Origin: an uncultured Acidobacteriota bacterium
GTDB lineage: Bacteria > Acidobacteriota > Thermoanaerobaculia > Multivoradales > SZUA-115
DNA: 64,000 nucleotides
Assembly: GCA_963805975.1 (NCBI GenBank)
Contig: CAWDVR010000004.1
Location: 448,001-512,000 of the forward strand
Direction of reading: 5' to 3'
The notes under the pieces are model-generated. The model saw only the letters and a list, made by a program, of their open reading frames with translations, did no database searches and was not told the origin of the DNA. A program made the position numbers and the translations under genes. Below are positions 1-8,118 of this stretch, piece by piece (positions within the stretch are counted from its first letter, which is position 1; every line of letters starts with the position of its first letter).

Positions 1-574
1 ACGGCAGCAGGATGTAGAGCGTCGAGCGCGTCAGGTCGACCCAGAAGTTGCCGATCGTCGCCGCCGACTTGCGCACCAGCCCCCGGATCAAGGCCACTAG
101 AGTGGCCATGCCGGCGGCGGCGGAGACGAAGTTCTGCACCGTGAGCCCCGCCATCTGCGTGAGGTAGCTCATCGTCGTCTCGCCGCCGTAGCTCTGCCAG
201 TTGGTGTTGGTGGCAAAGCTCACGGCGGTGTTGAAGGCGAGGTGCGGTGCAACCCCCGCCAGCGACTCCGGGTTGGCGGGAAGCCAGCCCTGGAAGCGCT
301 GCAACGCGTAGACGAAGAGGAAGCCGGCGGCGTTGAAGAGCAGCATGGCGAGGGCATAGGCCGGCCAGGCCATCTCGGCCTCGGGTCGCACACGAGAGAG
401 CCGGTAGATCAGCCGCTCCACGGGCCCCAGCACACGGTCGAGCCCGAAGAGCGACCGGCCCTCGTAGACGCGTCCCCCCTCAAGAACATGAGCCATATAG
501 GCGCCCAGGGGCTTCACGAGCGCCACCAGGACCACCAGGTAAACGAGGGACTGCAGCAGCGCGGGCGTGGTCAT
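1..574 (-). CDS. kdpA: Potassium-transporting ATPase subunit A (5' part; runs off the window)
   Basis: Manual translation from ATG at 574: [27 protein letters not shown]...[41 protein letters not shown]...[10 protein letters not shown], the KdpA signature. Not in the ORF track because it is truncated. Confidence 0.95.
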   Translation of the reverse strand, partial: MTTPALLQSLVYLVVLVALVKPLGAYMAHVLEGGRVYEGRSLFGLDRVLGPVERLIYRLSRVRPEAEMAWPAYALAMLLFNAAGFLFVYALQRFQGWLPANPESLAGVAPHLAFNTAVSFATNTNWQSYGGETTMSYLTQMAGLTVQNFVSAAAGMATLVALIRGLVRKSAATIGNFWVDLTRSTLYILLP

Positions 575-663
575 GAGAAGCGCTCCGGCTTGAAGAGGGC
601 GACGAAGAGGTAGGCCGCCAGCAGCACGGCCAGCACGAGAGCAAGAGCGTAGAGAGCACTCAT
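571..663 (-). CDS. kdpF: KdpF micropeptide (30 aa)
   Basis: [30 protein letters not shown] has the YLxxALxxPERF motif; its stop overlaps the kdpA start (ATGA). Confidence 0.9.
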   Translation of the reverse strand: MSALYALALVLAVLLAAYLFVALFKPERFS

Positions 664-758
664 TTCGTCCCTTTCTCGAGGCTCAGGAAGAACCTAACGA
701 GCCCCCAGGACAAGGCGAAGAAGCCGACGCCCAAAGCGAGGAAGAGAAGGTCTGCCAT
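660..758 (-). CDS. 32-aa hydrophobic micropeptide upstream of kdpF
   Basis: [32 protein letters not shown]; GGAG RBS before ATG 758; stop overlaps the kdpF start. Confidence 0.7.
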   Translation of the reverse strand: MADLLFLALGVGFFALSWGLVRFFLSLEKGTK

Positions 759-838
759 GGATTTCTCCGGCCCGGCAGCAAGGCTCGTCGCGGGGGCGCG
801 GGCCCTTGCCGGCTCGGGTAGAGCCTCGCCCGCCGCGG

Positions 839-876
839 CCCAAGAAGTCCGCAAGACCGGCGAAAGAGTGTCTAAA
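839..876 (-). promoter_or_regulatory. Candidate KdpE binding site
   Basis: Minus strand TTTAGA-N5-TTTCGC followed by further CTTG repeats at about helical spacing, between kdpE and the kdp operon; resembles the TTTATA-N5-TTTACA KdpE box. Confidence 0.35.
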
Positions 877-887
877 GTCGCCTGGGG

Positions 888-1589
888 TCAGCCGCTTGCC
901 AGCGGCTCGGCGAGAAAGCGGTAGCCCACCCATGGCTCGGTGCCGATGTAGCGCGGGTTGGCGGGGTCCGGCTCGAGCTTCTTGCGCAGCGCGCCGACGT
1001 GGACCCGCACGGTGTCCACCGAGGTGGCGGGCGCGCCCTTCCACACCGTGGCCACGATCTGGCGGAGCGTGACCGGCCGGCCGGGGCGGCTGGCAAGGAG
1101 CCCGAGGATGGCGAGCTCGGTGGGCGTGAGGCGCACCTCGCGGCCCGCCTGCGTCACCCTACGGCGCCCGAGATCGATCTCGAGGTCGGCAAAGCGCAGC
1201 ACCTCGGCCGCCGTGCCGGTGGCGCGCCGGAGCTGCGAGCGCACGCGGGCCAGGAGCTCGGCCAGCGAGAACGGCTTGGTGACGTAGTCGTCCGCGCCGG
1301 CGTCGAGCGCCCGCACCTTGTCCTCTTCCTCGCCGCGCACCGAGAGCACGAGGACAGGTGTGGTGCCGGCGCGCCGCACGGCGCGGATGACCGCGAAGCC
1401 GTCGGCGCGCGGCATGGCGAGATCGGTGATCACCAGGTCCGGCTGCCGCTCCGCGAAGACCCGCGCGCCTTCGACGCCGTCGCCGGCGGTCACCGCCTCG
1501 TAGCCGGCAGCCTCGAGCTCGCGGGCCAGCGCGTCGCGGATCGCCGGGTCGTCGTCCACCACCAGCACCAGGGCAGGGCCGCGGCTCAG
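888..1589 (-). CDS. kdpE: KdpE/OmpR-family response regulator
   Basis: VLVVDDD...PDLVITDL...GADDYVTKPF receiver plus winged helix (LTPTE...TEPWVGYR). Start uncertain: CTG at 1589 after GAGGAGG, or a GTG a few codons later. Confidence 0.85.
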   Translation of the reverse strand: MSRGPALVLVVDDDPAIRDALARELEAAGYEAVTAGDGVEGARVFAERQPDLVITDLAMPRADGFAVIRAVRRAGTTPVLVLSVRGEEEDKVRALDAGADDYVTKPFSLAELLARVRSQLRRATGTAAEVLRFADLEIDLGRRRVTQAGREVRLTPTELAILGLLASRPGRPVTLRQIVATVWKGAPATSVDTVRVHVGALRKKLEPDPANPRYIGTEPWVGYRFLAEPLASG

Positions 1590-3148
1590 GGGGCCTCCTC
1601 GTCCGGCTCGGAGACGGCGGGAAGTGTGAGCCGCGCCACGGTGCCGCCGCCCGGTCTGTCGAGCAGCGCGAGCGCGCCGCCGTGCGCCTCGGCGAAGGCG
1701 TTGGCGATGGCCAGCCCCAGCCCGCCCGGCGCGCTGTCCGCGGCCTCCCCATGGCCGGCGCGGTGGCCGAAGCCGGAGGAGCGCCAGAGGCCCTTCACGC
1801 TCTCCGGCACGCCGGGGCCACGGTCCAGCACCTCGATCCGTATCCATCCGGAGCTCTCCGGATCACGATCCGCCGTCACCGCGATCGGCTCGCCGGCCGC
1901 CGCGGCGCGCGCTGCGTTCTCGAGCAGGTTGACCAGGATCTCGAGCGTGAGCGAAGGGTCGACGTCGAGCTCCGGGCAGCCGGGTTCGATCGCGACCTCG
2001 AGCTGCTGTGCGGCGAGGACCGATGCCAGGCTCTCTCGCGCCGCCGCGACCAGCGAGGCCACCGGGACCGGCGTGCGGCGCGGGCGCGCCACGCCCGCTT
2101 CGAGCCGCGCGAACGAGAGCAAATTGTCGATGCGGCGGCTGAGGCGCTGCTCTTCGCGGGCCAGCGTCTCGAGGCTCGCGGCGGGTTGCGGCTGGCCTGC
2201 GAGCTGGCGGCCGAGGCTCTCGACCGAGAGATGCATGGCGGTGAGCGGCGTCCGCAGGTCGTGGGACACGGCGCGCAGGAGCGAGGTCTTGAGCTGTTCG
2301 CTCTGGCGCGCGGCCTCGAGATGGGCCGCCTCGGCCAGCAGCCGCTCGCGCTCGATGGCCAGCGCCAGGAGGCGTGCCGCCGGTTCGAGCACCGCACGCG
2401 AGGCCGCCACCTCCCGTGCCACCAATACGCCTTGGAAGCGCCCGCCGGCCGAAAGTGGAAGGTAGACGGTGCGCGAGGAACTGTCCCCGCCGATCATCGC
2501 GTCGGTTTCGAGCAGATGGCCGCCCGCGAGCGCCTGCCTCGCCCTTGGCTCGTCCAGCTCCGGGTGTACCTCGCCCACCCGGCTCGCCCATGCGAAGGCG
2601 CCGTGCTCGTCCTCCACCAGCAGGCCGCCGGACTCGGCGCCGATCGCCGCCAGTGTGCGCGCCGCGGCCTCTCCCAGTACGCCCGCTCGCTGGCTCACGG
2701 CGAAGAGGCTGAAGCAGAGGTCGTAGAGCGTCTCCACCTCGCGCCGCCGGCGCTCGGCCTCTGCCGCCTGCTCGCGGGCCAGGCCGACCAGCCGGGAGAC
2801 CAGTGCCGAAGAGACCAGGAACGCCCCCAGCGCCGCCCAGTTCGCCGGGTCCGCAATCGTCAGACCGCCCACTGGCGGCAGGAAGAAGTAGTTGAGGCAG
2901 AAAGTGGCGCCGAGCGAAGCGGCGATGCCCACGGCCCAGCCGCTCCAAGTGGAGAAGCCGAGGACCAGGAGCAGGTAGGCGAAGGCGGCGGTGGTGGCGT
3001 TGGCCCCCGCGGCGTGACCGGCGACGGTGACGAGCGCCAGGGTGAGGGGCAAGGCAGCCCAGGCTGGCCAGCCGGCGCCCGGGAGCTGCGCGAGGGTGGG
3101 ACGCCCCGCGGCGCCTGGAGGTGCCGAGGCAAGGCGGTCGGTGAGCAC
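1586..3148 (-). CDS. kdpD: KdpD-like sensor histidine kinase (DUF4118-type TM region, GAF-like, HisKA, HATPase)
   Basis: NYFFLPP TM motif, AVSHDLRTPLT H-box, NLLENA N-box, DRGPG and GLGL boxes; lacks the N-terminal KdpD/USP domains. Confidence 0.75.
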   Translation of the reverse strand: MLTDRLASAPPGAAGRPTLAQLPGAGWPAWAALPLTLALVTVAGHAAGANATTAAFAYLLLVLGFSTWSGWAVGIAASLGATFCLNYFFLPPVGGLTIADPANWAALGAFLVSSALVSRLVGLAREQAAEAERRRREVETLYDLCFSLFAVSQRAGVLGEAAARTLAAIGAESGGLLVEDEHGAFAWASRVGEVHPELDEPRARQALAGGHLLETDAMIGGDSSSRTVYLPLSAGGRFQGVLVAREVAASRAVLEPAARLLALAIERERLLAEAAHLEAARQSEQLKTSLLRAVSHDLRTPLTAMHLSVESLGRQLAGQPQPAASLETLAREEQRLSRRIDNLLSFARLEAGVARPRRTPVPVASLVAAARESLASVLAAQQLEVAIEPGCPELDVDPSLTLEILVNLLENAARAAAAGEPIAVTADRDPESSGWIRIEVLDRGPGVPESVKGLWRSSGFGHRAGHGEAADSAPGGLGLAIANAFAEAHGGALALLDRPGGGTVARLTLPAVSEPDEEAP

Positions 3149-3157
3149 CCCGCTAGT

Positions 3158-3700
3158 CTAGCCTTGCGTTCGATAGGGGCTCTCGGCCCGATAGCGCTTC
3201 TCGAACTCCTCGCGCGCCACGATCGTCTTCCGGTCTTCCACACGGTCGATGGCGAGCACACCGTCCAGATGATCGATCTCGTGCTGGAGAAGCTCGGCCA
3301 GGTCGTCGTCCGGTCCCGCCTGCACCTCGTGCAAGGCACCGTAGAGATCCTGGTAGCGCACGGTGACCCGGCAGTGCCGCCGCACCTGCATGAAGATCGA
3401 GAGGAAGGAGAGGCAGGCGTCCCAGACGATCATCGTCTCGTCGCTCGCCACGACGATCGCCGGGTTGACCAGCGGCCAGGGCTCCCGGCCGGGGAGCTGC
3501 AGGAAGATCACCCGTTCGAGCACACCGATCTGCGGCGCGGCAATGGCGCGGCCATAGCCGGTGGTGGCGCGCCAGTGGGCGAGCGTGTCGGCGAGGTCCG
3601 CCACCAGCGCCGCGACCTCAGGTGCCGCGGGGTCGGGGGCCGGAACGCAAGGCTCGCGCAGCAAGGGGTCGCCGAGCTGGAGGAGGGTTCGGACGGGCAT
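3158..3700 (-). CDS. def: Peptide deformylase (variant motifs)
   Basis: GRAIAAPQIG, WDACLS, QHEIDHLDG. Confidence 0.9.
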   Translation of the reverse strand: MPVRTLLQLGDPLLREPCVPAPDPAAPEVAALVADLADTLAHWRATTGYGRAIAAPQIGVLERVIFLQLPGREPWPLVNPAIVVASDETMIVWDACLSFLSIFMQVRRHCRVTVRYQDLYGALHEVQAGPDDDLAELLQHEIDHLDGVLAIDRVEDRKTIVAREEFEKRYRAESPYRTQG

Positions 3701-3709
3701 GGCGTCGCC

Positions 3710-4669
3710 TCAGAGCAGCCAGCGCCGCACCTGCTCCGCGGTGAGGTTGCCGCCGCAGAGCGGCGTGGCGACCCGCGAGCCGGCGAAGCGCTCGCGGTGG
3801 GTGAGGGCCGCGGCCACGCCGGCCACGCCCGCGGGCTCGACGACCAGGTCCAGCTCGTGGCGGAGGAGGCGCATGGCGGCAAGGAGAGACTCTTCGTCCA
3901 CCGCCAGCACCTCGTCCACCCAGAGCAGCATCTCCGCCACGGCCTCGGGCACCGGCAGGCGGACCGCGATGCCGTCGGCGATGGTCGAGGCAGTCTCGGT
4001 CGCGACCGGCTTTCCGGCGCGGAAGGAGCGCTCCATGGCCGGAGCGCCAGCCGCGACCACGCCCACGACGCGCGTGGCCGGCGCGTGCGCCTTCATCCAG
4101 CGGCCGATGCCGTTGACCAGCGCGCCGTTGCCGAGCGGCACGAGGAGCGCGTCGAAGGCCACCCCCGAACGCTCGATCTCGAGGCCGATGGTGCCCGCGC
4201 CCTCGGTGATCGCCGGGTCGCGGCCGTCCTCCACGAAGAGCGCCCCGGTGGCGGCGGCGAAGGTGCGGGCGGCCTCCTTGGCGGCGTCGAAGTCCGCGCC
4301 TTCGAGGCGCACCTCGGCTCCCAGCTCGCGGATGCGCTCCACCTTCAGCGGGTTGGCCTCGCGGGCGGCGAAGACGGTGAGCGCCAGGCCGCGCTTGGCC
4401 GCGGCGTAGGCGAGCCCCTGGCCGAAGTTACCCGCCGAGCCGCAGACCAGGTCCGGCGCTCCTTCCAGGCAGGCGACGAACCACTCCGCGCCACGGCCTT
4501 TGAAGCTCCGGATCGGGTTGGCGGTCTCGACCTTGAAGAAGAGGTCTAGACCCAGGCGCGCGGAGAGCGGCGGATGGTCGAGGAGCGGCGTGTCCCGGAA
4601 CACCGGATCGATCACCCGCGCGGCCTCCTCGATGCGCGCGAGGGAAAGAGCGGAGGACGCGGGCTCCAT
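3710..4669 (-). CDS. PLP-dependent threonine/serine dehydratase family enzyme
   Basis: SFKGRGA PLP lysine, SAGNFGQG, PLGNGAL, TIADGIAV, VVEPAG, CGGN. Confidence 0.85.
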   Translation of the reverse strand: MEPASSALSLARIEEAARVIDPVFRDTPLLDHPPLSARLGLDLFFKVETANPIRSFKGRGAEWFVACLEGAPDLVCGSAGNFGQGLAYAAAKRGLALTVFAAREANPLKVERIRELGAEVRLEGADFDAAKEAARTFAAATGALFVEDGRDPAITEGAGTIGLEIERSGVAFDALLVPLGNGALVNGIGRWMKAHAPATRVVGVVAAGAPAMERSFRAGKPVATETASTIADGIAVRLPVPEAVAEMLLWVDEVLAVDEESLLAAMRLLRHELDLVVEPAGVAGVAAALTHRERFAGSRVATPLCGGNLTAEQVRRWLL

Positions 4670-4790
4670 GAGCGGGGATTGAGGAGATCTCGGGGTTGCA
4701 CCGGAGGTTGCGCGAACCCGGTCGAGCCGATTCTAGCCGCTCGTGCCATGAGATAGAGGGGCACGCGGCCGACAGTCCCGGCAGAGGCTC

Positions 4791-5093
4791 GGTGCGAGGC
4801 TCAATGGCACTCTCACGTTCGACGTGGCGGCCGGGGCTACCGCCACGGTCCTCGAACCGGGCCAGATCGCCAACGTCTCGGGCGAGGGGGAAATCGTCAA
4901 GAACGGTGCCGGCACGCTGGAGACGGTGGCCAAGAGCGTCTATGCCGGTCCGACGATCATCAAGGCGGGCTTCGTGGTCCTCGACGGGCGGCTCGGCGCG
5001 GCGGACGGCACGGTGGAGAACGGCACGCGGGTCGAGAGCGGGGGATCGCTGGCCCTGCGAGCGAGCGCACCGGCCGGCGGCGGCATCCGCTAA
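4791..5093 (+). pseudogene. Fragment of an autotransporter-associated beta-strand repeat protein
   Basis: [37 protein letters not shown] matches a single passenger repeat; no signal peptide or barrel. Confidence 0.5.
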
Positions 5094-5107
5094 GATCCGC
5101 CGCCGTC

Positions 5108-7381
5108 ATGGGACGCAAGCCAAGAGCCGGGCGCTCCGGCCCCCGCGCACCGATCCTGCCCTTCACCGAGGTCGAGAGGGTACCGCTCGCCGTCTTCACC
5201 GAGAAGGCGTACCTCGACTACTCGATGTACGTCATCCTCGACCGCGCCCTGCCGCACGTGGGCGACGGCCTGAAGCCGGTGCAGCGGCGCATCGTCTACG
5301 CGATGAGCGAGCTGGGCCTCTCGGCGCAGGCCAAGTTCAAGAAGTCGGCGCGCACCGTGGGCGACGTGCTGGGCAAGTACCACCCGCACGGCGACACCGC
5401 CTGCTACGAGGCCATGGTGCTGATGGCGCAGCCCTTCTCCTTCCGCTACCCGCTGGTCGAGGGGCAGGGCAACTGGGGCTCGCAGGACGACCCCAAGTCC
5501 TTCGCCGCCATGCGCTACACCGAGGCGCGCCTCACCCGCTTCTCCCAGACCCTGCTCTCCGAGCTCGAGCAGGGCACGGTCGAATGGGGACCCAACTTCG
5601 ACGGCACCCTCGAGGAGCCGCGCCTCATGCCCTCGCGGCTGCCGCACGTGCTGCTGAACGGCGCCTCCGGCATCGCGGTCGGCATGGCGACCGACATCCC
5701 GCCGCACAACGTCGGCGAGCTGGTCACCGCCGCCCTCCATCTGCTCGACCATCCCAAGGCGACCTCCGCGGACCTCGCCGCCTTCCTGCCCGGCCCCGAC
5801 TATCCGACCGAGGCCGAGATCATCTCGGGGCCGGAGGAGCTGCTCGCGATCTATGAGACCGGCGCCGGCAGCGTGCGCCTGCGCGCTGCCTGGGAGATGG
5901 AGGGCAACGACGTGGTGATCACCGCGCTGCCCTACCAGGTCTCCGGTGCCAAGGTGCTGGCGCAGATCGCGGGCCAGATGCAGGCCAAGAAGCTGCCGAT
6001 GGTCGAGGACCTGCGCGACGAGTCGGACCACGAGAACCCCACGCGGCTGGTGATCACCCTGCGCTCGAACCGGGTCGAGGCCGAGCCCCTCCTCGCACAC
6101 CTCTTCGCCACCACCGAGCTCGAGCGCACCTACCGCGTGAACCTGACGGCCATCGGCCTCGACGGCCGGCCGCGGCAGTACGACCTCGCGACGCTGCTCT
6201 CCGAGTGGCTGGCTTTCCGCATCGAGACGGTGCGGCGGCGCCTGCGGTTCCGCTTCGACAAGGTGCTGGCGCGGCTCCACCTCCTCGAGGGCCTGCTGGT
6301 CGCCTACCTCAACCTGGACGAGGTGATCCGCATCATCCGCACCGAGGAGGAGCCGAAGCCCGTGCTCATCGAGCGCTTCGGCCTCTCCGATCTCCAGGCC
6401 GAGGCCATCCTGGAGACCAAGCTGCGGCACCTGGCGCGGCTCGAGGAGATGAAGATCCGGGGCGAGCAGGACGGCCTGCTCAAAGAGCGCGACGCGCTGG
6501 ACCAGTTGCTGGCCTCCGAAGGCAAGCTCAGGCGCCGCGTGCGCGAGGAGCTCTCCGCCGACGCCGCCGAGTTCGGCGACCCCCGGCGCTCGCCGATCCG
6601 CCGGAGAGAGGCGGCGCGGGCGCTCGCCGAGTCCGAGCTCCTGCCCTCCGAGCCGGTCACCGTGATCCTCTCCGAGAAGGGTTGGGTGCGCGCCGGCAAG
6701 GGCCACGACGTCGAGGTCGAGGGCCTCGCCTACCGCGGCGGCGACTCGTTCCTGGCCGCCGCCAGGGGGCGGAGCAACCAGCTCGCGGTGTTCCTGGACT
6801 CGACCGGGCGCTCCTACTCGCTTCCCGCCCACACGCTGCCGGGGGCGCGCGGCCACGGTGAGCCGCTGTCCTCGAGCTTCACACCGCCGGCCGGCGCCTC
6901 GTTCGTGGGCGTGGTGCTCGGCAGCGAGGACGACTGGGTGCTCCTCTCGACCACCGCCGGCTATGGCTTCGTGGCGCGGCTCGCGGACCTCTTCGCCAAG
7001 AACAAGGCCGGCAAGGCGGTGATCTCGGTGTCGGCCGGCGCGAAGGCCCTCGCTCCGCAGCCGGTGTCCTCGCTGGATGGCGACGAGCTGGCCGCGGTCA
7101 CCGACGCCGGGCACCTGCTGGTCTTCGCACTGGCCGAGCTGCCGCAGATGCCGCGCGGCAAGGGCGTCAAGATCCTCAACATCCCGCGCTCCAAGGGCGG
7201 CACCGAGTCTCTGGTGGCGGCGGCGGTGCTGCCGGACGGCGCCACCCTCCGCATCCACGCGGGCAAGGGCTACACCAACCTCAAGGGCGCCGAGCTCAAT
7301 CCCTTCCGCGGCGCCCGCGCCCAGCGCGGCATTCTGCTCTCGAAGAACTACCGCCGGGTCGGGCGGGTCGAGGTGGTGTAG
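5108..7381 (+). CDS. parC: DNA topoisomerase IV subunit A
   Basis: [38 protein letters not shown] catalytic Tyr; short CTD without a GyrA box. Confidence 0.95.
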   Translation: MGRKPRAGRSGPRAPILPFTEVERVPLAVFTEKAYLDYSMYVILDRALPHVGDGLKPVQRRIVYAMSELGLSAQAKFKKSARTVGDVLGKYHPHGDTACYEAMVLMAQPFSFRYPLVEGQGNWGSQDDPKSFAAMRYTEARLTRFSQTLLSELEQGTVEWGPNFDGTLEEPRLMPSRLPHVLLNGASGIAVGMATDIPPHNVGELVTAALHLLDHPKATSADLAAFLPGPDYPTEAEIISGPEELLAIYETGAGSVRLRAAWEMEGNDVVITALPYQVSGAKVLAQIAGQMQAKKLPMVEDLRDESDHENPTRLVITLRSNRVEAEPLLAHLFATTELERTYRVNLTAIGLDGRPRQYDLATLLSEWLAFRIETVRRRLRFRFDKVLARLHLLEGLLVAYLNLDEVIRIIRTEEEPKPVLIERFGLSDLQAEAILETKLRHLARLEEMKIRGEQDGLLKERDALDQLLASEGKLRRRVREELSADAAEFGDPRRSPIRRREAARALAESELLPSEPVTVILSEKGWVRAGKGHDVEVEGLAYRGGDSFLAAARGRSNQLAVFLDSTGRSYSLPAHTLPGARGHGEPLSSSFTPPAGASFVGVVLGSEDDWVLLSTTAGYGFVARLADLFAKNKAGKAVISVSAGAKALAPQPVSSLDGDELAAVTDAGHLLVFALAELPQMPRGKGVKILNIPRSKGGTESLVAAAVLPDGATLRIHAGKGYTNLKGAELNPFRGARAQRGILLSKNYRRVGRVEVV

Positions 7382-7386
7382 ATGTG

Positions 7387-7416
7387 GTTGACTCATCACC
7401 ATGAGTCAACTATGAT
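7387..7416 (+). promoter_or_regulatory. Sigma70 promoter with overlapping palindromic operator (vapBC)
   Basis: TTGACT(7388)-17 nt-TATGAT(7411); perfect inverted repeat GTTGACTCAT-cacc-ATGAGTCAAC at 7387-7410. Confidence 0.8.
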
Positions 7417-7423
7417 CCTCGGT

Positions 7424-7678
7424 ATGAGTAAGCGGCTCCAGGTGCTGTTCGAAGAACCCGAGCTCGACGAGATCCAGCAGGTGGCTCGTGGCCAGCGGAT
7501 GACGGTGGCCGAGTGGGTTCGCCAGACCTTGCGAACGGCAGTCCGCCAGCAGCCGGTCCAGGCACGCAAGTCAAAACTGGACGTAGTCCGGGCGGCGGCT
7601 CGGCACCACTTCCCGGCCCCCGACCTCGAGCAGATGCTGGCCGAGATCGAGCAGGGGTACCCCAGAGCACTGCCTTGA
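7424..7678 (+). CDS. Ribbon-helix-helix antitoxin (VapB/CopG-like)
   Basis: MSKRLQVLFEEPELDEIQQVARGQRMTVAEWVRQTLR RHH pattern; overlaps the PIN gene start. Confidence 0.8.
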   Translation: MSKRLQVLFEEPELDEIQQVARGQRMTVAEWVRQTLRTAVRQQPVQARKSKLDVVRAAARHHFPAPDLEQMLAEIEQGYPRALP

Positions 7679-8070
7679 CCTTCGTGGACTCGAATGTGCC
7701 TATGTACCTCGTGGGCGCGCAGCATCCCAACAAAACCGTGGCGCAGCGGCTCCTCGAGGAACTGATCCAGGCCGAGGAACGGCTGGTGACAAACGTCGAG
7801 GTGCTGCAAGAGATCCTGCACCGATACCACGCGATCGCCCGGCCCCAGGCGATCCAGCCGGCGTTCGACTCCCTGCTCGGCGTGGTGGACGAGGTGTTCG
7901 CCGTCGAGCTGCCGGACGTACAGCGGGCCAAGGACCTGCTGCTGGCCACCGCGGGCCTTTCGGCTCGCGACTGCCTCCATGTGGCGGTCATGGAGCGGTA
8001 CGGCGTCGACCGGGTTCTGAGCTTCGATGCCGGCTTCGACCAGATCGCCGGCCTCGAGCGGCTGCGGTAG
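7675..8070 (+). CDS. vapC: PIN-domain toxin (VapC family)
   Basis: TTG start overlapping the antitoxin stop; FVDSNV, VLQEILHRY, ARDCLHVAVM, SFDAGFD. Confidence 0.85.
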   Translation: MTFVDSNVPMYLVGAQHPNKTVAQRLLEELIQAEERLVTNVEVLQEILHRYHAIARPQAIQPAFDSLLGVVDEVFAVELPDVQRAKDLLLATAGLSARDCLHVAVMERYGVDRVLSFDAGFDQIAGLERLR

Positions 8071-8077
8071 CACGAAC

Positions 8078-8114
8078 GAGCCCGCGTCTCGGGCATCACC
8101 CAGGGCGCGGGCTC
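8078..8114. terminator. GC-rich hairpin between convergent genes
   Basis: GAGCCCGCG...CGCGGGCTC arms. Confidence 0.4.
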
Positions 8115-8118
8115 TTGC

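Noticed and set aside
461-500. Possible frameshift in kdpA at the C6 run
   Set aside because: Manual translation stays in frame ([15 protein letters not shown]); only a short in-frame insertion.
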